DNA of 64,000 nt from Mobula hypostoma (taxonomy: Eukaryota), in NCBI RefSeq assembly GCF_963921235.1, contig NC_086097.1, positions 37,512,001 through 37,576,000 of the forward strand, written 5' to 3'. The translations under genes and the position numbers were made by a program. Shown piece after piece: positions 1 through 13,962 of the stretch. Position 1 is the first letter of the stretch; each line of letters begins with the position of its first letter. The notes under the pieces were generated by a model that did no database searches, had not been told where the DNA came from, and saw only the letters and a list, made by a program, of their open reading frames with translations.

Positions 1-960
1 TTTGCAACTGGATCCTACCACGAAACACATCTTTACCTTCCCCCTGCGCGCGCTCCCCCCCCCCACAACTCTTTTCTGCAGGGATCGATCTCTCTGTAAT
101 TCCATTGACCATTCGTCACTCCCACTCATCTCCCTCCCTAGAATATATCCCTGCAAGCAGAAGAAGTGCTACACCTGCCCATTCACCCTTCTCCCTCAAT
201 TCCATTCAGGACTTCAAGCAGTGCTTCCAGGTGAGGTAACACTTCAACTGTGAGTTTATTGGAGTTATCTGCTGTGCTCCTGGTGTGGCCTCCTCTACGT
301 TGGTGAGACCTGATGGATATTGGGGGACTGCTTTGTCAAGCACCTTTTCTTTATCCACAACAAGCAGGATTTCCCAGTAGCCAGCCATTTTAACTCGGAT
401 CTCCATTCCTATTCCAACATGTTGGTCCATGACTTCCTCCCTGCCACGATGTGGCCACTTTCAGGTTCAAGGAGCAACAACTCATCTTTCTCAGTGGCCT
501 CCATTGATGCTCAGTATGAACATAGCTTTCTCTAACTTCTGGTAATTTAAACACACACCCCCACCTTCTCTCTTCTTCCATTCACCATTCTGGTTCCCCT
601 CTTCTTCTCATCTGCCTATCATCTCCCTCAGATGCACCTCTTTCTCTTCTCTTTCTCCAGTGGTCCACTCTCCTCTCCTAACAAATTCGTTCCTCTTCAC
701 CCTTCACTTCCCAGCTTCTCACTTCATCTACCCTCCTCTACCTACCTACCTTCACCTATCCATTCTAGCTTGTGCTCCTTGCCCTCCAAGCACTTTCTTA
801 TTCTGGCTTCTTCCCCCTTCCTTTCAAGTTCTGATGAAGAATCTTGGTACAAAATGTTGAATTTTCATTCCTTTACGTAGATGCTGCCTGACTGCTGAGT
901 TCCTCCAACATTTTGTATGTGTTACTCTGGAGTTCCAGCAACTGCAGAATCCTTGTGTTT
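1..960 (+). mobile_element. Penelope-like element, 3' fragment (GIY-YIG remnant plus terminal repeat)
   Basis: Decayed C..CP / FQVR.HF.CE..GVI.C / LYVGET motifs, pyrimidine-rich tract and the terminal repeat gatgctgcctgac..gctgagttcctccaacattttg shared with other copies in the window. Confidence 0.8.
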
Positions 961-1149
961 ACGAGGAAATAGATCAGCTTCTAAACAACTGATCTGAGTT
1001 TGTAGACTGGTCCATGTTCAAAAGCATAACTGCCAGCCTAGATGAATAGACCACTACTGTCACAGACTTCATCAGCAAGTGTTTTGAGGATTAAAAAGAG
1101 GACAATCTATGTGTTCTCCAACAGGAAACCACAGAGGAAGCATGGATGA

Positions 1150-1460
1150 GATGCATAGACAGAGTAGATAGTATCTTTTTCCCAGGGTGGTAATGTGTAA
1201 TATTAGAAGGCATGCATTTATGGTGAGGGGGTATGTTCAAAGGGGATGTATGGGGAAACTTCTTTACACAGAGAGTTGGGGATGTATGGAAGGAACTGCT
1301 TGTGGTGATGGTGAAAGCAAATACGATAGAGGCATTCAATAGACTCTTAGGTGCATTAATGTGCAGGAAATGGAAGGATATGGACATTGTGTAAGCAGAA
1401 TGGATTAGTTTAGTTGGGCATCTGATTACTAACTTAATTAGTTTGGCTTCTATTTTCGTA
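1150..1460 (+). mobile_element. CR1 LINE 3' fragment, preceded by a Rex1-like fragment at about 965-1150
   Basis: Decayed D.VD...FPRV / FFTQRV.D.W..L motif of the CR1 ORF2 end. Confidence 0.6.
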
Positions 1461-2049
1461 ATCATCAGTTATTTGATTTTGCCTGATTGAATTTTATGAA
1501 GTGCCCTGCTATAACATTGTCATTAATGCACTGGGTTTTTTCTTTTAAGACCCAGGGATAAAATCTGTCAAAATCTTGGGTTTTATCAGTTTGCAACTCT
1601 TTATAAGTTGTTTACTACAACTTTCTTTTTAATTGCAATTTTCTTTCATTTTTCCTCTCCTTCCATTTCCTGATTTACAGCTATTTCTAGGATGTAACTT
1701 GTATCTTTTATGGTATAGATTGATGAAAAATTCCTGGTGACTGGCTCCTCTTACTAACTTTGTGAAACCTCTCTCTTTGTCTTTAATGGTTATTGAATTG
1801 ACCTCCAACTCCTCTCCCAAGAGAGATACCCCATTCTGAGACACCAAGCAAAAAACTTAGTGTTGCTCTTTGATGCAAAGGACAGAGTGCATGGGGAGAG
1901 ACAAATATACACTATGTTGCACCATTGCATTCTTGTTTGCTTCTCTTCACTTGTGAGCTTCCTGTACCATGGTGCAATGGCCAGGTACCTCAACCACCTT
2001 ACTCTCATACAAATGAGCTGAAAGAAACTCAATCTGTTGGACACTGACA

Positions 2050-2180
2050 AAGAAGAAAAAATCTGCAGATGCTGGAAATTTGAGGAACACACACGAAATG
2101 CTGGGGGAACCCAAGAGGCCAGGCAGCATCTATGAAAAAATACAGTCAATGTTTTGGGCCACAACCCTTTGGCAGAACTG
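2050..2180 (-). repeat. Penelope-type terminal repeat fragment
   Basis: ctgcagatgctgga...ggcagcatctat with a degenerate hammerhead core on the minus strand. Confidence 0.6.
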
Positions 2181-2183
2181 GTT

Positions 2184-2560
2184 GAGAGGGAGACCTGATA
2201 GAGGTGTATAAGATGATGAGAGGCCTTGATCGTGTGGATAACCAGAGGCTTTTCCCAGGGCTGAAATGGCTAACGCGAGGGGGCATAGTTTTGAGGTGCT
2301 TGGAAGTAGGTACAAAGGGTATGTCAGAGGTAAATTTTTCACACAGAGAGTAGTGGGTGCCTGGAATGCACTGCCAGCGAAGGTGGTAGGGGCGGATACA
2401 ATAGGGTCTTTTAAGAGACTGTTAGATAGGTACATGGAGCTTAGAAAAATAGAGAGCTATGCGGTAAGGAAACTCTAGGCAGTTTCTGGAGTAGGTTACA
2501 CGGTCGGCATGACATTATGGGCCAAAGGGCTTGTAATGTGCTGTAGATTTCTATGACTCT
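2184..2560 (+). mobile_element. CR1 LINE 3' end
   Basis: RGDLIEVYK...RGHSF...FFTQRVVGAWNALP...FKRLLDRYM and a ctatg-type tail. Confidence 0.88.
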
Positions 2561-2883
2561 ATGTAATCAAATCTTACTATATTTAATGAGCTCTTATGTA
2601 AGTTCATGGGAACTGTAACCTGTAGGGCAATAGATATTTCTTTGAATGGTGTAATTAGGCTGAGTGGCTTTGTTTTTGGCTGCTGTTTTGATCGGAATGA
2701 CCTCCTGTGTCATCCATTTCCTATGAAACTGAGATCTGGGTAATACATTTTATCTTTTACAATCATTAACTCCACCCATGTTAAGGAATTTCTAGTCTAT
2801 ATTTTTTGCATTCATTTATTGAATTGCCATATTGATGCTATTTTTTATCTATAAGAGATAATTAGGAACCAAGATCTTTTTAG

Positions 2884-3003
2884 GAAACTGAACATAATAT
2901 CCAAGGCCCAGTAATGGAATTCTGTGCCTCTTCTATACTAAAATGTGAGAAATCTCTAACAAAGGTTTTCGATGTGGTTCCACAAGATTCTCAAAATTCT
3001 ATT
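2884..3003 (+). CDS. SIX6OS1: SIX6OS1/C14orf39 internal exon (phase 0-0): ETEHNIQGPVMEFCASSILKCEKSLTKVFDVVPQDSQNSI
   Basis: ttttag|GAA acceptor and ATT|gtaaga donor; 120 nt open frame that joins in phase with the 6318 exon. No sequence similarity recognised for this exon on its own. Confidence 0.55.
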
Positions 3004-3489
3004 GTAAGAAAATATTATCTTCTTTGTGCTTTGTGACAGATGCTTAAAGGATTTAGAATACACATAGTAACAACAATATCTAAAAGGCAATAAGGATTAT
3101 TCATGTTCTGCACTTGTAATGATACAAAGTTTTAGCACATGAACCTTGTAACTTCAGGATTATTGCATACTTATCCAAATACAGAATTCTCAAGGAGTTC
3201 CCAATGACATATTGCTCTTCCTAGGCTAGCTTCTTTTTGTCGTCTTTAAATCTTCAGTATTTTTATTTATTTCACATTTCCAGTATTTACTTTTTCTTCT
3301 GCAGAATTTGTTTTCTATGGCTTCTGCTGTCCCCCACTTCTTTTGACTATAGGTCTGTTCCCCCACTTGCCACCCTCTTTCATCTTGTGCAATCATTCCT
3401 TTTTCATTTAATTCTTCCCCACCTTCACCCTATCACAGATTCCCTTTTGTCCTCTGCACCCCCCCCCCCCAGCTTTCTCTGCATCTTGA

Positions 3490-3930
3490 AAAGGGTACAG
3501 AGGAGATTTACCAGGATGCTGCCTGGTTCAGAGAGTATGCATTATGATCAGAGATTAAGGGAGCTAGGGCTTTACTCTCTGGAGAGAAGGAGAATGAGAG
3601 GAGATATGATAGAGGTATACAAGATATTAATAGATAGAGTGGACAGTCAGCACCTCTTCCCCAGGGTACCACTGCTCAATACAAGAGGACATGGCTTTAA
3701 GGTAAGGGGTGGGAAGTTCAAGGGGGATACTAGAGAGTGGTTGATGCGTGGAATGCACTGCCTGAGTCAGTGGTGGAGGCAGATACACTAGTGAAATTTA
3801 AGAGACTGCTAGACAGGTAAATGGAGGAATTTAAGGTGGGGGGGGTTATATGGGAGGCAGGGTTTAAGGGTTGGCACAACATTGTGGGCCGAAGGGCCTG
3901 TACTGTGCTGTACTGTTCTATGTTCTATGT
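3490..3930 (+). mobile_element. CR1 LINE 3' end
   Basis: RVQRRFTRMLPG...LYSLERRRMRGDMIEVYKI and a (ttctatg)n tail. Confidence 0.88.
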
Positions 3931-4194
3931 TGTAATTGATTTCTCTAAATTTTATCATTACTGGTGAAGTGATAGCTCTGTTTCTGTTGACTAAGCATTT
4001 TCAGAATCTGCTATGTTTATATTACTAATTTATAATATTGTTTATCAAATATTCTTCAACCTGCCTACCCCACAAACAGGAACCGGTATTAAACAAGTAT
4101 ATCATAATAAAATGTATTTTAACATCATAAAGAATGAGTACTTAAAAATATAGTAATGTTTCAGCATTCACTTTAATCATATGTGCATTTTTTG

Positions 4195-5365
4195 TAATTT
4201 ATTTATTGAATTTCATCATCAAACAAACATTTCCATAAGATGTATGTCAGATACTGTACATATATATCATATAATCATATTTATCACAAATCTCCACATA
4301 ATATTTATCCGAGGTATACACTTATAGAAAGGAGAGGAAAGAAAGAACAATCGAAAGAAGGAAACTATGTACAGAGTAGGGAGTGATTTTTTTTTACAAC
4401 ATATTCATTGACTTGTGAGAATAAAATCAGGCCTATGAGGTGTTATTTAATTAAACCAATTTTTTCAGTATGAATAAAATTGTTCCAACTTATGATTAAC
4501 AGATGCTGTTATCTTTTCCATTTTGTAAATGTCCATTGTAATTTCCATCCCTACATTTAAAGTTGGGCTCTCCTGAGATAACCATTTCCTGGTAAGGGTC
4601 TTTTTGCCAGCCAGCAGCAGTACATTCATTAAATGTTTATCTCTTTTCAACCATTCTTGAGGTATATACCCAAAATATACGGTCTTAATCTCTAAGGGTA
4701 TTTCACATTTAAAGATGTCTTGTAGGGTATTATGTATCCCACTCCAATAGTCTTTGATAACGGGACATTCCCAGAAAATATTATAATAGTTTGCATTTTG
4801 ATTTCCACAATTTCTCCAGCAAGCAGGGGGTTTACTATTATAATGGGGTTTCTGAGGGGGTGTAATAAAATATCAAGTTTTTCCACCCGAACTCCCTCTA
4901 TATCTGTGAACTGGTACACTTCCATTGATACCTCCATATTATTGTCCAGTCTTCCTCATTATTATCGCTCCTTCCTTCTCCCATTTTGTTTTAATGTATG
5001 AAGTCGAATGTGTTTTAAGATTTGACAAACCCTTATAAACACTTGAAATTATTCTACTGCCGTTGTCTGAATTATATGCTTTTCTATTAGCTCTATCAGA
5101 CATGTACTTGCCTTGGATACATTTTTAACCGTCCTATTAACATACTGTCGCATCTGTAAATACTGATAAAAGTTTTGTTTTTCTAATAAGTGTTTCTCTT
5201 TGAGCATTTCAAAACTGAATAGTGTTCCTTCTTTCATTATATTGCAAATAGCTGTTAGTCCTTTAGCTGTCCAGTCCTTAAATCTAGCATCCAGTTTATT
5301 TGGCGTAAAATCCGAGTCATATGCACACCATTTAAGAATTGCAATGTCTCTCCATATGTGCATTT
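4195..5365 (-). mobile_element. L1/Tx1-clade LINE, ORF2 C-terminal fragment
   Basis: Fish-L1-like peptides WCAYDSDFTPNKLDARFKDW..KGL, FYQYLQMRQY and LLAGKKTLTRKW...PT...IYKMEKIT; AATAAA-like 3' end near 4200 on the minus strand. Confidence 0.75.
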
Positions 5366-6317
5366 CTAATCTTTATTTTGTTCTCAGAAAAATGTTTGAA
5401 ACATTAACGAGTTATGCCATTTCCATCTGTGTTTGCTATCCATGAGGATTTTTCAACATGAGCACTTGCTCAGCCAACTAGAAGACATCACAGTTGCTGA
5501 ACACAAGGGATCTTGTTAAACTGAGGCTTAACCCAATTGCTAGATCCTCATGCATAACATTTTTTTAGGTCAGTTGCCAAATCTATCGCTGTGCTACTAG
5601 CTACAAAATCCATGCCACAGTGATGGATGAATATATTGGCAGCCTAAATAGATGGACCATACTTATGCATTTTAATGTGTTTTTTAATTTAATTAGTTAA
5701 TTAGATTGTGTTTTATTTAAAAGGAATTATACATGTATAATCAACACAACACAGTAAAGCTACATAGCTATTTAGACATCCTGATGGTTAATCATCTGGT
5801 TCTGATAAAAGGAATAAGGCAAATCAGCAGGTACAGCTGCCCAAATTGATACTTTATGAAAGGCATCAATGAAAATTTAGCAAGTGTTGTTTCTCAAAGT
5901 TCCCTACCACTGGCCGTGACCCTAAGCCTTGCACTCTCTTTCCAGTCATTAGTGCTCCATTTTCCACTCCCTTTCCTGAATCACTGGGATCCTGGTTCCC
6001 TTGTTCTCTTTCCACTCACCTAGACCCCAGTTACCTGGCAGCTATTCCACTCACTGAGGCTCAAGTTCTCATGCTCATCTTCTGCAGACCCATTCCCATG
6101 CCAGAACCCTAGTTCCCATCCTCTCTTTAAATTTAACTGGTTGTGTTCACTATGCTCTTAGCTTTCCCTTTAAATGTAATGTTCACTGTAAAATTTATAA
6201 CATCAAAGTCCTGAGCATGCCAGAGTTTTGCTATAAATTGATTTCAGGATTAGTAAACACTGATTGAAAAATTCTGTAAACAATAAGATTGCTTAAAGAA
6301 AGACTATTATTTTGTAG

Positions 6318-6403
6318 GAAACCCCAGAAGTAAGCGGAATTCATCAACAGAAAATTTTTCAGATGACATTAGCAACCAAGAATCAAGGACAAGCTCAATT
6401 CTG
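6318..6403 (+). CDS. SIX6OS1: SIX6OS1 exon (phase 0-2): ETPEVSGIHQQKIFQMTLATKNQGQAQF(C)
   Basis: ttttgtag|GAA acceptor and CTG|gtaata donor; open frame whose phase matches the next exon. Confidence 0.7.
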
Positions 6404-6699
6404 GTAATAAATCTTTAAGGTTTTACTCATGCTAAATCATATTTTATCTATTTGGAATCTTATGAACCTTTCAATTTGTTTGCTCATGTGGCAACACATT
6501 GAACAAAAATATATACCACTTGTAGACAAGATATTTAATTAAAATGCTTTCTTTTACTTCACAGTTAAAAATTATTGCTTGAGATAACCCCATTGATCTT
6601 GTATAATCAGTTAATATAAACTATAAGTTTGTAACGCATTTGTAACAATTTTGCAGAAAATCTGAAAAATTCTAATCTACCCTCTTATTGTTACCTTAG

Positions 6700-6764
6700 C
6701 CCATTTGTTTGCCAGGACCAAGAAGCTCCTGTATCATGGTTAGAAAATAACCTACCAATATCAG
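6700..6764 (+). CDS. SIX6OS1: SIX6OS1 exon (phase 2-1): PFVCQDQEAPVSWLENNLPIS
   Basis: ccttag|C acceptor (an alternative ccag|GAC acceptor exists at 6716) and CAG|gtaaat donor. Confidence 0.7.
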
Positions 6765-9414
6765 GTAAATCTAATATACCGGTTTCAAGTTGCTACTTGA
6801 GCATGGAAAGAAAGGCTATGGTAAGTTTAAAGGGAGTGGGTGAAACAGGACCAGTTAAGTGTTTATTTACACAGCCTGATAGTCATTAGTTTGAACACAC
6901 AGTAAATAAATCTTATATTAATGTACATAATTGATTACAATAGATTTTGAAATACCAAGGAAAGAAGCCATGGAACATCATAGATAATATCTCGTAGATA
7001 ATTTCCTTTAAAGAAAAAGGTAGCTTACATATTTTTGAAGTGCTTTTTTAAATATAAAACACTGATGACATTTCTTGCCTTTCTGTAAGTTAAATTTCTT
7101 AAATGATTATAAGGACCTGTTCAATTAGTGACTTCCCCCCCTTTTTTTTGAATGGTGCTGTCTAGGGCAGTATTTACTGCCTGTACTTAATTGCCCTGTA
7201 TTTGATGGTGAGCCATATTCTGATAACAATACTCCCAGTTATGCCACGGAGGAATTTTTTCTGTTATGCCTAAATGACAGCAAAAGATCTGTTGGAGAAT
7301 GCAGCTCTTGGAGAGGATCCTGCAGGTGATAGTGTTCTCATGTGCTTGCTACCCCTTGTCTTTCTTGGTAGTTGAAGTTGAAGAATTGGGAGATATTGTT
7401 GGAGTAACTAGGCAAGAAATTGCAATAGGTTTTGAAGATGGTTCTTGCTGCAGCCTCAGAATGTCAGTGGAGGGGGGCATGATTGTTTAGGACACAGTTC
7501 CATTTAAGTGGCTATTTTATCTTAGCTGGTATCAAGTTTGTCAAATATTGTTGGATCAACATTCACTTGGCCATGTGAAATAATGTTCTGTTACAGTCCT
7601 GATAATATAGTCTATTACAGTTATTAAAATATATTCTATTACAGTGCTTTGTAGATGGCTTTGGAAATGAGGATAAGAGTTATCCACCAGAGAATATTCG
7701 AAATCTGGCCTGCTCTTACAGCTAGTTTTTATGGTCAGTAATGAAACTTGGGGAACTAATGGTGCAGTATTCAGTGATGGGTATTGCTTAAATTTTCTTG
7801 TTGAAGGTGATCATTGTCTGCACTTGTGCAGCATGACTTTTGCTACTACTGTGAGAAGGATGAAATTTGATTTCATTAGTCATGGTAAAACCTGTAAATT
7901 AAATGAACAAAATAATAATTAGATTTCAGAGTTCAACTAGAGCACTGACTGAACCAATGGTAATTTAGCAGTTATGCTATGTATTACTGCTGTGTTAGAA
8001 TTTCTCGTGCTGAATGCAAAGTGCCAATGAGCATATATTCAAAACATTAAAAAAATAAGAATAGGAGAGGGCCATACTGGCTCTATACCAGCTAGATAAT
8101 TTAGTAAACTTATAGATTAGTATTTAGCTTGAATATTTTCAACTTTGATCTGGATATTCCTCAATTGCCATTTCATCAAAACTTACCTTCACTCCACGTA
8201 CCTTTGCTGACTCAGCATCCATCTTGGGAGTATGTCTTTGAAAACCTTTGGATTTCCTGAATCTGTAGAATTTTGGAAGATGATAACAGACCATCCATTA
8301 TCTCTGGTACCTTCTCTTTCAAAACTCTAGGATGTAGATGTTCTTGGGTCTCTTTCAGATGTCAGGATAATTAACTTCTCTGGTAGTGGTATTTCCTTTC
8401 TAATAACAGTGCAGTACAAGTATTACCAGAAAAGTTAATAAGCCTAACATCTGATAATGTCAGTATATTGTTTCCTTGATCCTTGGTTCTCGAGCACTCC
8501 TGAAAGATTTTTTTGTCTTCATTCATAAAGACTACTTCCTCTGTCACTTATTTTTCCCAATCATAGATTCATCTGACTCTATCAGTAAGGGACCCACATT
8601 TGTTCTTGCTAATCATTTGCTTATTACATACCCATAAAAGATTTTATAGTCTGTTTTTATGTTCATCACTAGTTTATTCTCATATTCTGTTTTCCTGTTA
8701 TCAATTTCTTGGTCATCGTTTACTGAATTCTATAACACACCGTATCTTCAGGCTTCCTGTTTTACTGTGACAACCTTACAAACCTTTTTGTATGATTTAA
8801 TAATACCTTTAATTTCTGATTAAATCTGCCCTCTTTCCCCCCCCCCCAATGAGGCATCATGTGATGAGTGTTATCAAAGAACCCTAGCAAAATTAAAGCC
8901 AATAGGAATAGAGGTGAAAACGCTTCACTCTCTGGAATCAGTATGTTAGAAAGCAATTTTGGTTGTTGGAGGGCAATAGTCTTACTACTAAGAATATTGG
9001 AGGAGTTACTCAGGGCAACATCCTAGACACAGCCTTCTTCATCTACTCTGTTAAAGTTCTTGCCATTATAATGTCAGAAGGAAGCAGGAGTGCCCCTTTC
9101 CTCTTGTGACGCCTTGAGCCATTCAATCAAACCATGAGATATTTAACCTTATACTCAACTTTTCTGCAATTTCCTTCATGATCCAAAAGTGATATACCCA
9201 CCCAAGCCTGGAATATATAACAAAATGGGGAAAAAGTATACTGCAAGAGGGTTGAAATAAAAACAATGTAAGAAATACTCAACAGATAAAGGAGTATCTA
9301 TGGAGAATTAAACAGAGCTAATGTTTCAGGCTGATGTACTTTTAGTTTATTTCTGTTGCCTCGGGTGTTGCCAGATATGCTGTGTATTTCTAGCATTCTG
9401 TTTTTACTGAGCCC

Positions 9415-10545
9415 ATGGAATTACGGGAAAGTTACATATGTGGATAGAGTGTTGGCTGATTGGCAGGAAACAGAGAGTGGGAATAAAGGGATCCTATTCT
9501 GGTTGGCTGCCGGTTACCAGTGGTGTTCCACAGGGGTCCGTGTTGGGGCCGCTTCTTTTTACATTGTACGTCAACGATTTGGATTATGGAATAGATAGCT
9601 TTGTGGATAAGTTTGCTGACCATACGAAAATAGGTGGAGGGGCCGGTAGTGCTGAGGAAACGGAGAGTCTGCAGAGAGACTTGGATAGATTGGAAGAATG
9701 GGCAAAGAAGTGGCAAATGAAATACAATGTTGGAAAGTGTATGGTTAAGCACTTTGGCAGAAGAAATAAACGGGCAGACTATTATTTAAATGGGGAAAGA
9801 ATTCAAAGTTCTGAGATGCAACGGGACTTGGGAGACCTCATACAGGATACCCTTAAGGTTAACCTCCAGGTTGAGTCGGTGGTGAAGAAAGCGAATGCAA
9901 TGTTGGCATTTATTTCTAGAGGAATAGAGTATAGGAGCAGGGATGTGATGTTGAGGCTGTATAAGGCACTGGTGAGACCTCACTTGGAGTACTGTGGGCA
10001 GTTTTGGTCTCCTTATTTAAGAAAGGATGTGCTGACGTTGGAGAGGGTACAGAGAACGTTCACTAGAGTGATTCCGGGAATGAGAGTGTTAACATATGAG
10101 GAACGTTTGTCCGCTCTTGGACTGTATTCCTTGGAGTTTAGAAGAATGAGGGGAGACCTCATAGAAACATTGAATGTTGAAAGGCATGGACAGAGTGGAT
10201 GTGGCAAAGTTGTTTCCCATGATGGGAGAGTCTAGTACGAGAGGGCATGACTTAAGGATTGGAGGGCGCCCATTCAGATCAAAAATGTAAAGACATTTTT
10301 TTTAGTCAGAAGGTGGTGAATCTATGGAATTTGTTGCCACGGGCAGCAGTGGACACCAAGTCATTGGGTGTATTTAAGGCAGAGATTGATAGGTATCTGA
10401 GTAGCCAGGGCATCAAAGGTTATGGTGAGAAGGTGGGGGAGTGGGACTAAATGGGAGAATGGATGAGCTCATGATAAAATGGCGGAGCAGACTCGATGGG
10501 CCGAATGGCTGACTTCTGCTCCTTTGTCTTACAGTCTTATGGTAA
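9415..10545 (+). mobile_element. 5'-truncated CR1 LINE (RT C-terminal half plus 3' UTR)
   Basis: SGVPQGSVLGPLLF, KFADHTK, LYKALVRPHLEYC and a cttatggt tail; same subfamily as the 33995-37328 copy. Confidence 0.93.
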
Positions 10546-11419
10546 TGAAAAAGTCCAAGACGTGAATATAAATATTGTGCTTATAAAAGCAGATCAGTTG
10601 CTTGTTTTCTTAAGGCAAATGGTGTTCCTCTTCTTTCCTAAAGCCTTCCTTGAGCTTAGTTTGATGTAGTAGTCTTCATTTGAAGGGACTGTGCAGTTTC
10701 AGGAATATTCAATAATTTTGACACCTTACGTAACTAAGCAGTCAATTTATATGACATCAACTTGCACCCTAAACATTAACTCCTACAACTACACAAGCAC
10801 TATGGTTGCAATAGTCCTGTGTTTAAAAATTTGATGGCAAAGCTCCTACACCGTATCTTCCAACCCCATAATCTCTACAAAACTGGTTAAAAACAAGGAT
10901 AGAAGGTGCACAGAACTGTAACCACCTGTAAGTTCCCTTCCATGACATACATTTTTCTTAACTTAGAAATACATTGCAATTGTTTCATCGTTAGAGTAAA
11001 ATTCCTAGGCCTCTTCTCAACTGCATTATTGGAAACCTTCACTTTATGGATTACAAGTAAGCAGGTTAATAGGTCAATATTCACTACCTATCCTTAAATG
11101 CTATTTCTCAATGGCATTTAAATATGCTAATAAATACTTTATTTGCTAATGACCTCCAAATCCTATAAACAAATTTTTTAAAATGAAAAAGTAATTATGA
11201 ACAATTTGCACAGTGCTTGAGTATGGGAGTCTATTTAATACAGTAATAATGTTATTAATATTGAAGCTGGATCCCCAAGCTGACCTTGCCTCAGTAGCAG
11301 TGCCTTTTATCCAGTGAGTCTGGGTTCTAATCTCATTTTGCAGTCTTGGACATATAATTCAGAGTGAAACTAATATAGCAGGAAGGAATTTCCTTCCTAT
11401 ACTATCCCAAATCGTGGCT

Positions 11420-12921
11420 GAGCAGCTGGTGCAGGGGCAGAGATTCAGGTTCTTGGATCATTGGAATCTTTTCTGGGGGAGGTAAGACCTGTTCAAAAGT
11501 GACAGGTTGTCTCTGATCTTGAGGAAAACCAATATTCTCACAGGCAGGTTTGTTAGAACTGTTGGGGAGGGTTTAAGCTAATTTAGCCTGGGGGTGGGAA
11601 CAGGAGTGAAGGGACTCAGGATAGGATTAAAAAGCAAAGATAGCGTGCAGTCAGACTGTCAGGAAGGGCAGGCAGATGATAGGATATAATTGCAGACGGC
11701 AGAGTGAGTATCAGTGCATTAGGGATGCAGAATCAAAAAGGTAGCAAATGCAGCACTCAGTGTTATATCTCAATGCATGGAGAATAAGAAATAAACTGGA
11801 TAATCTTGTTGCATTATTACAGATTGTCAGATATGATATTGTGGCCATCACTGAATCATGGCTGAAGGGTGGTTGTAGTTGGGAGCTGAATATCCAAGGT
11901 TACATGTTGTATTGGAGGGATAGGAAGGTCAGCAGAGGGGGTTGCATGGCTCTGCTGGTGAAGAAGGGCATCAAATCAGTAGAAAGACGTGACATATAAT
12001 CGGAAGATGTTGAATCCTTGTGGGTTCACTTAAGAAATTACAAGGGTAAAAGGAACCTGATGGCAGTTATATACAGGCCTCCCAACAGTAGCTGGGATGG
12101 GGGCAACAGATTACAACAGGAAATAGAAAAGGCGTGTCAAAAGGGCAATGTTGTTATTGTCATGGGAGATTTCAACATGCAGTTTGATTGGGGAAAATCA
12201 GGTTGGAAATGGAGCTCAAGAGAGTGAGTTTGTTGAATGCCTACAAGAAGGCTTTTTAGAGCAGTTTTTCGTTGAGCCTACTAGATAGGGGATCAGCTAT
12301 TCTGGATTGGGTGTTATGTAATGAACCAGAGATGATTAGGGAGCTTAAGGCAAAAGAACCCTTTGGAACCAGTGATCACAATATGATTGAGTTCAACTTG
12401 AAACTTGATAGGGAGAAAATAAAGTCCAACGTAGCTATTTCAGTGGAATATAGGAAATTACAGTGATATGACAGAGGAGTTGGCCAAAGTAAATTGGAAG
12501 GAGATGCTGGCAGGGATGACAGCAGAGCAGCAGTGAGGTGAGTTTCTAGGAAAAATGACGAAGGTGCAGGATAGATGTATTCCAAAAAGGAAGAAATACT
12601 CAAATGGCAGAATAGTACAACGGTGGCTGACAAGGGAAGTCAAAGCTAATGTAAAAGCAAAAGAGAGTGCATACAGCAAAGCAAAAATTAATGGGAAGAA
12701 GGATTGTGAAGCTTTAAAAACCCCACAGAGAGCAACTAAATGAATCCTTAGGAGGGAAAAGATGAAATATGAAAGCAAGCTAGCAAACAATATCAAAGTG
12801 GATAGTAAATATAAAAAATAAAAGAGAGATGAGAATGGATATAGGACCGCTAGAAAATGAGGCTGGAGAAAGAATAATGGGGACCAAGGAGATGGCAGAT
12901 GAACTAAATTAGTATTTAGCA
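11420..12921 (+). mobile_element. CR1 LINE 5' half (end of ORF1, APE endonuclease), split by a nested insertion
   Basis: YLNA..I.NK, AITESWL, YRPPN, GDFN and SDHN motifs; the sequence resumes at 15964. Confidence 0.9.
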
Positions 12922-13088
12922 AGTCTGCAGCACCAGTAGTGAGGACCAAGAAGGTATGGACAAGGGAAGCACAGGAGCACTTACAGGACTGCTTTGAATG
13001 GGTGGACTGGACTGTATTCAGGGATTCATCTTCGAACCTGGATGAGTATGCTGCAGTTGTTACTGACTTCATTAAAATCTGTGTGGAT

Positions 13089-13962
13089 TAGATTAGATTA
13101 GATTCAACTTTATTGTCATTGTGCCGAGTACAGATACAAAGCCAATGAAATGCAAGTAGCATCTGACCAGAAGTGCAAAAGAATAGTATTATTTACAAAA
13201 TATCTGTGAATAAAAAGTAAGTGCTACAGCATACAAATATAAAAGTACTGAGACAGTCCAATATGGGTGCAACACTGCTTAGCGCCGTGATGCGAGGTTC
13301 AGCAGGGTCACAGCCTCAGGGAAGAAGCTCTTCCTGAGCCTGCTGGTGCGAGAGCGGAGGCTCCTGTAGCGCCTACCGGATGGGAGGAGAGTAAAAAGTC
13401 CATGGTTAGGGTCATCGGAAATGTGGACACCAAGGAATTTGAAGCTTGAGGCACGCTGGTATTCAGGGTGAGAATGGAGGAAGAGGTTGTCTAACTTAAC
13501 AGATTGAGGTCTGTTAGACAGAAAGTCCAAGGTCCAATTGTAGAGGGATGAGGCTGATACCAAGCTGGCGAAATCTGGTGATCAGCTTAGAGGGGATCAC
13601 AGTATTGAATGCCGAACTAAAGTCAATGAACAGCATTCTGACATAAGAGTTGGGGCTCTCCAAGTGGGTCAGGGCAGAATGGTGCTGTGGAGGTGGCATC
13701 CTCTGTAGACCTGTTGGTGTGATAGGCAAATTGATGGGGGTCCAGGGTAGTGGGCAGACAGGATTTCAGATGTGCTAGAACCAGTCTCTCAAAGCACTTT
13801 GCAATGATGGGGGTGAGTGCAACTGGGTAGAAGTCATTCAGGCCCGTTGCAGTGGAATGCTTCAGTACTGGCACAATGGTGGCAATCTTGAAGCTTGTGG
13901 GGACAACTGTCTGGGCCAGGGACAGATTGAAAATGTCCGTGAAGACCCTGGCCAACTGCCCG
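13089..13962 (-). mobile_element. Second, internally deleted Rex1/Babar-type LINE nested in the first
   Basis: VFTDIFNLSL, PVALTPIIAKCFERLV, LPSGRRYRS and an (aatct)n tail at 13089-13105; the outer element rejoins as tgtgtggat|gagtgtgtg. Confidence 0.85.

Noticed and set aside
828..862. Hammerhead-like remnants in older Penelope repeats (also near 26750, 30690 and 39280)
   Set aside because: The GAAAC/GTC core is mutated, so these are unlikely to be active.
3040..3093. gacag|ATG acceptor-like site after exon 2884-3003
   Set aside because: The implied intron is only 36 nt and the frame stops after 17 codons.
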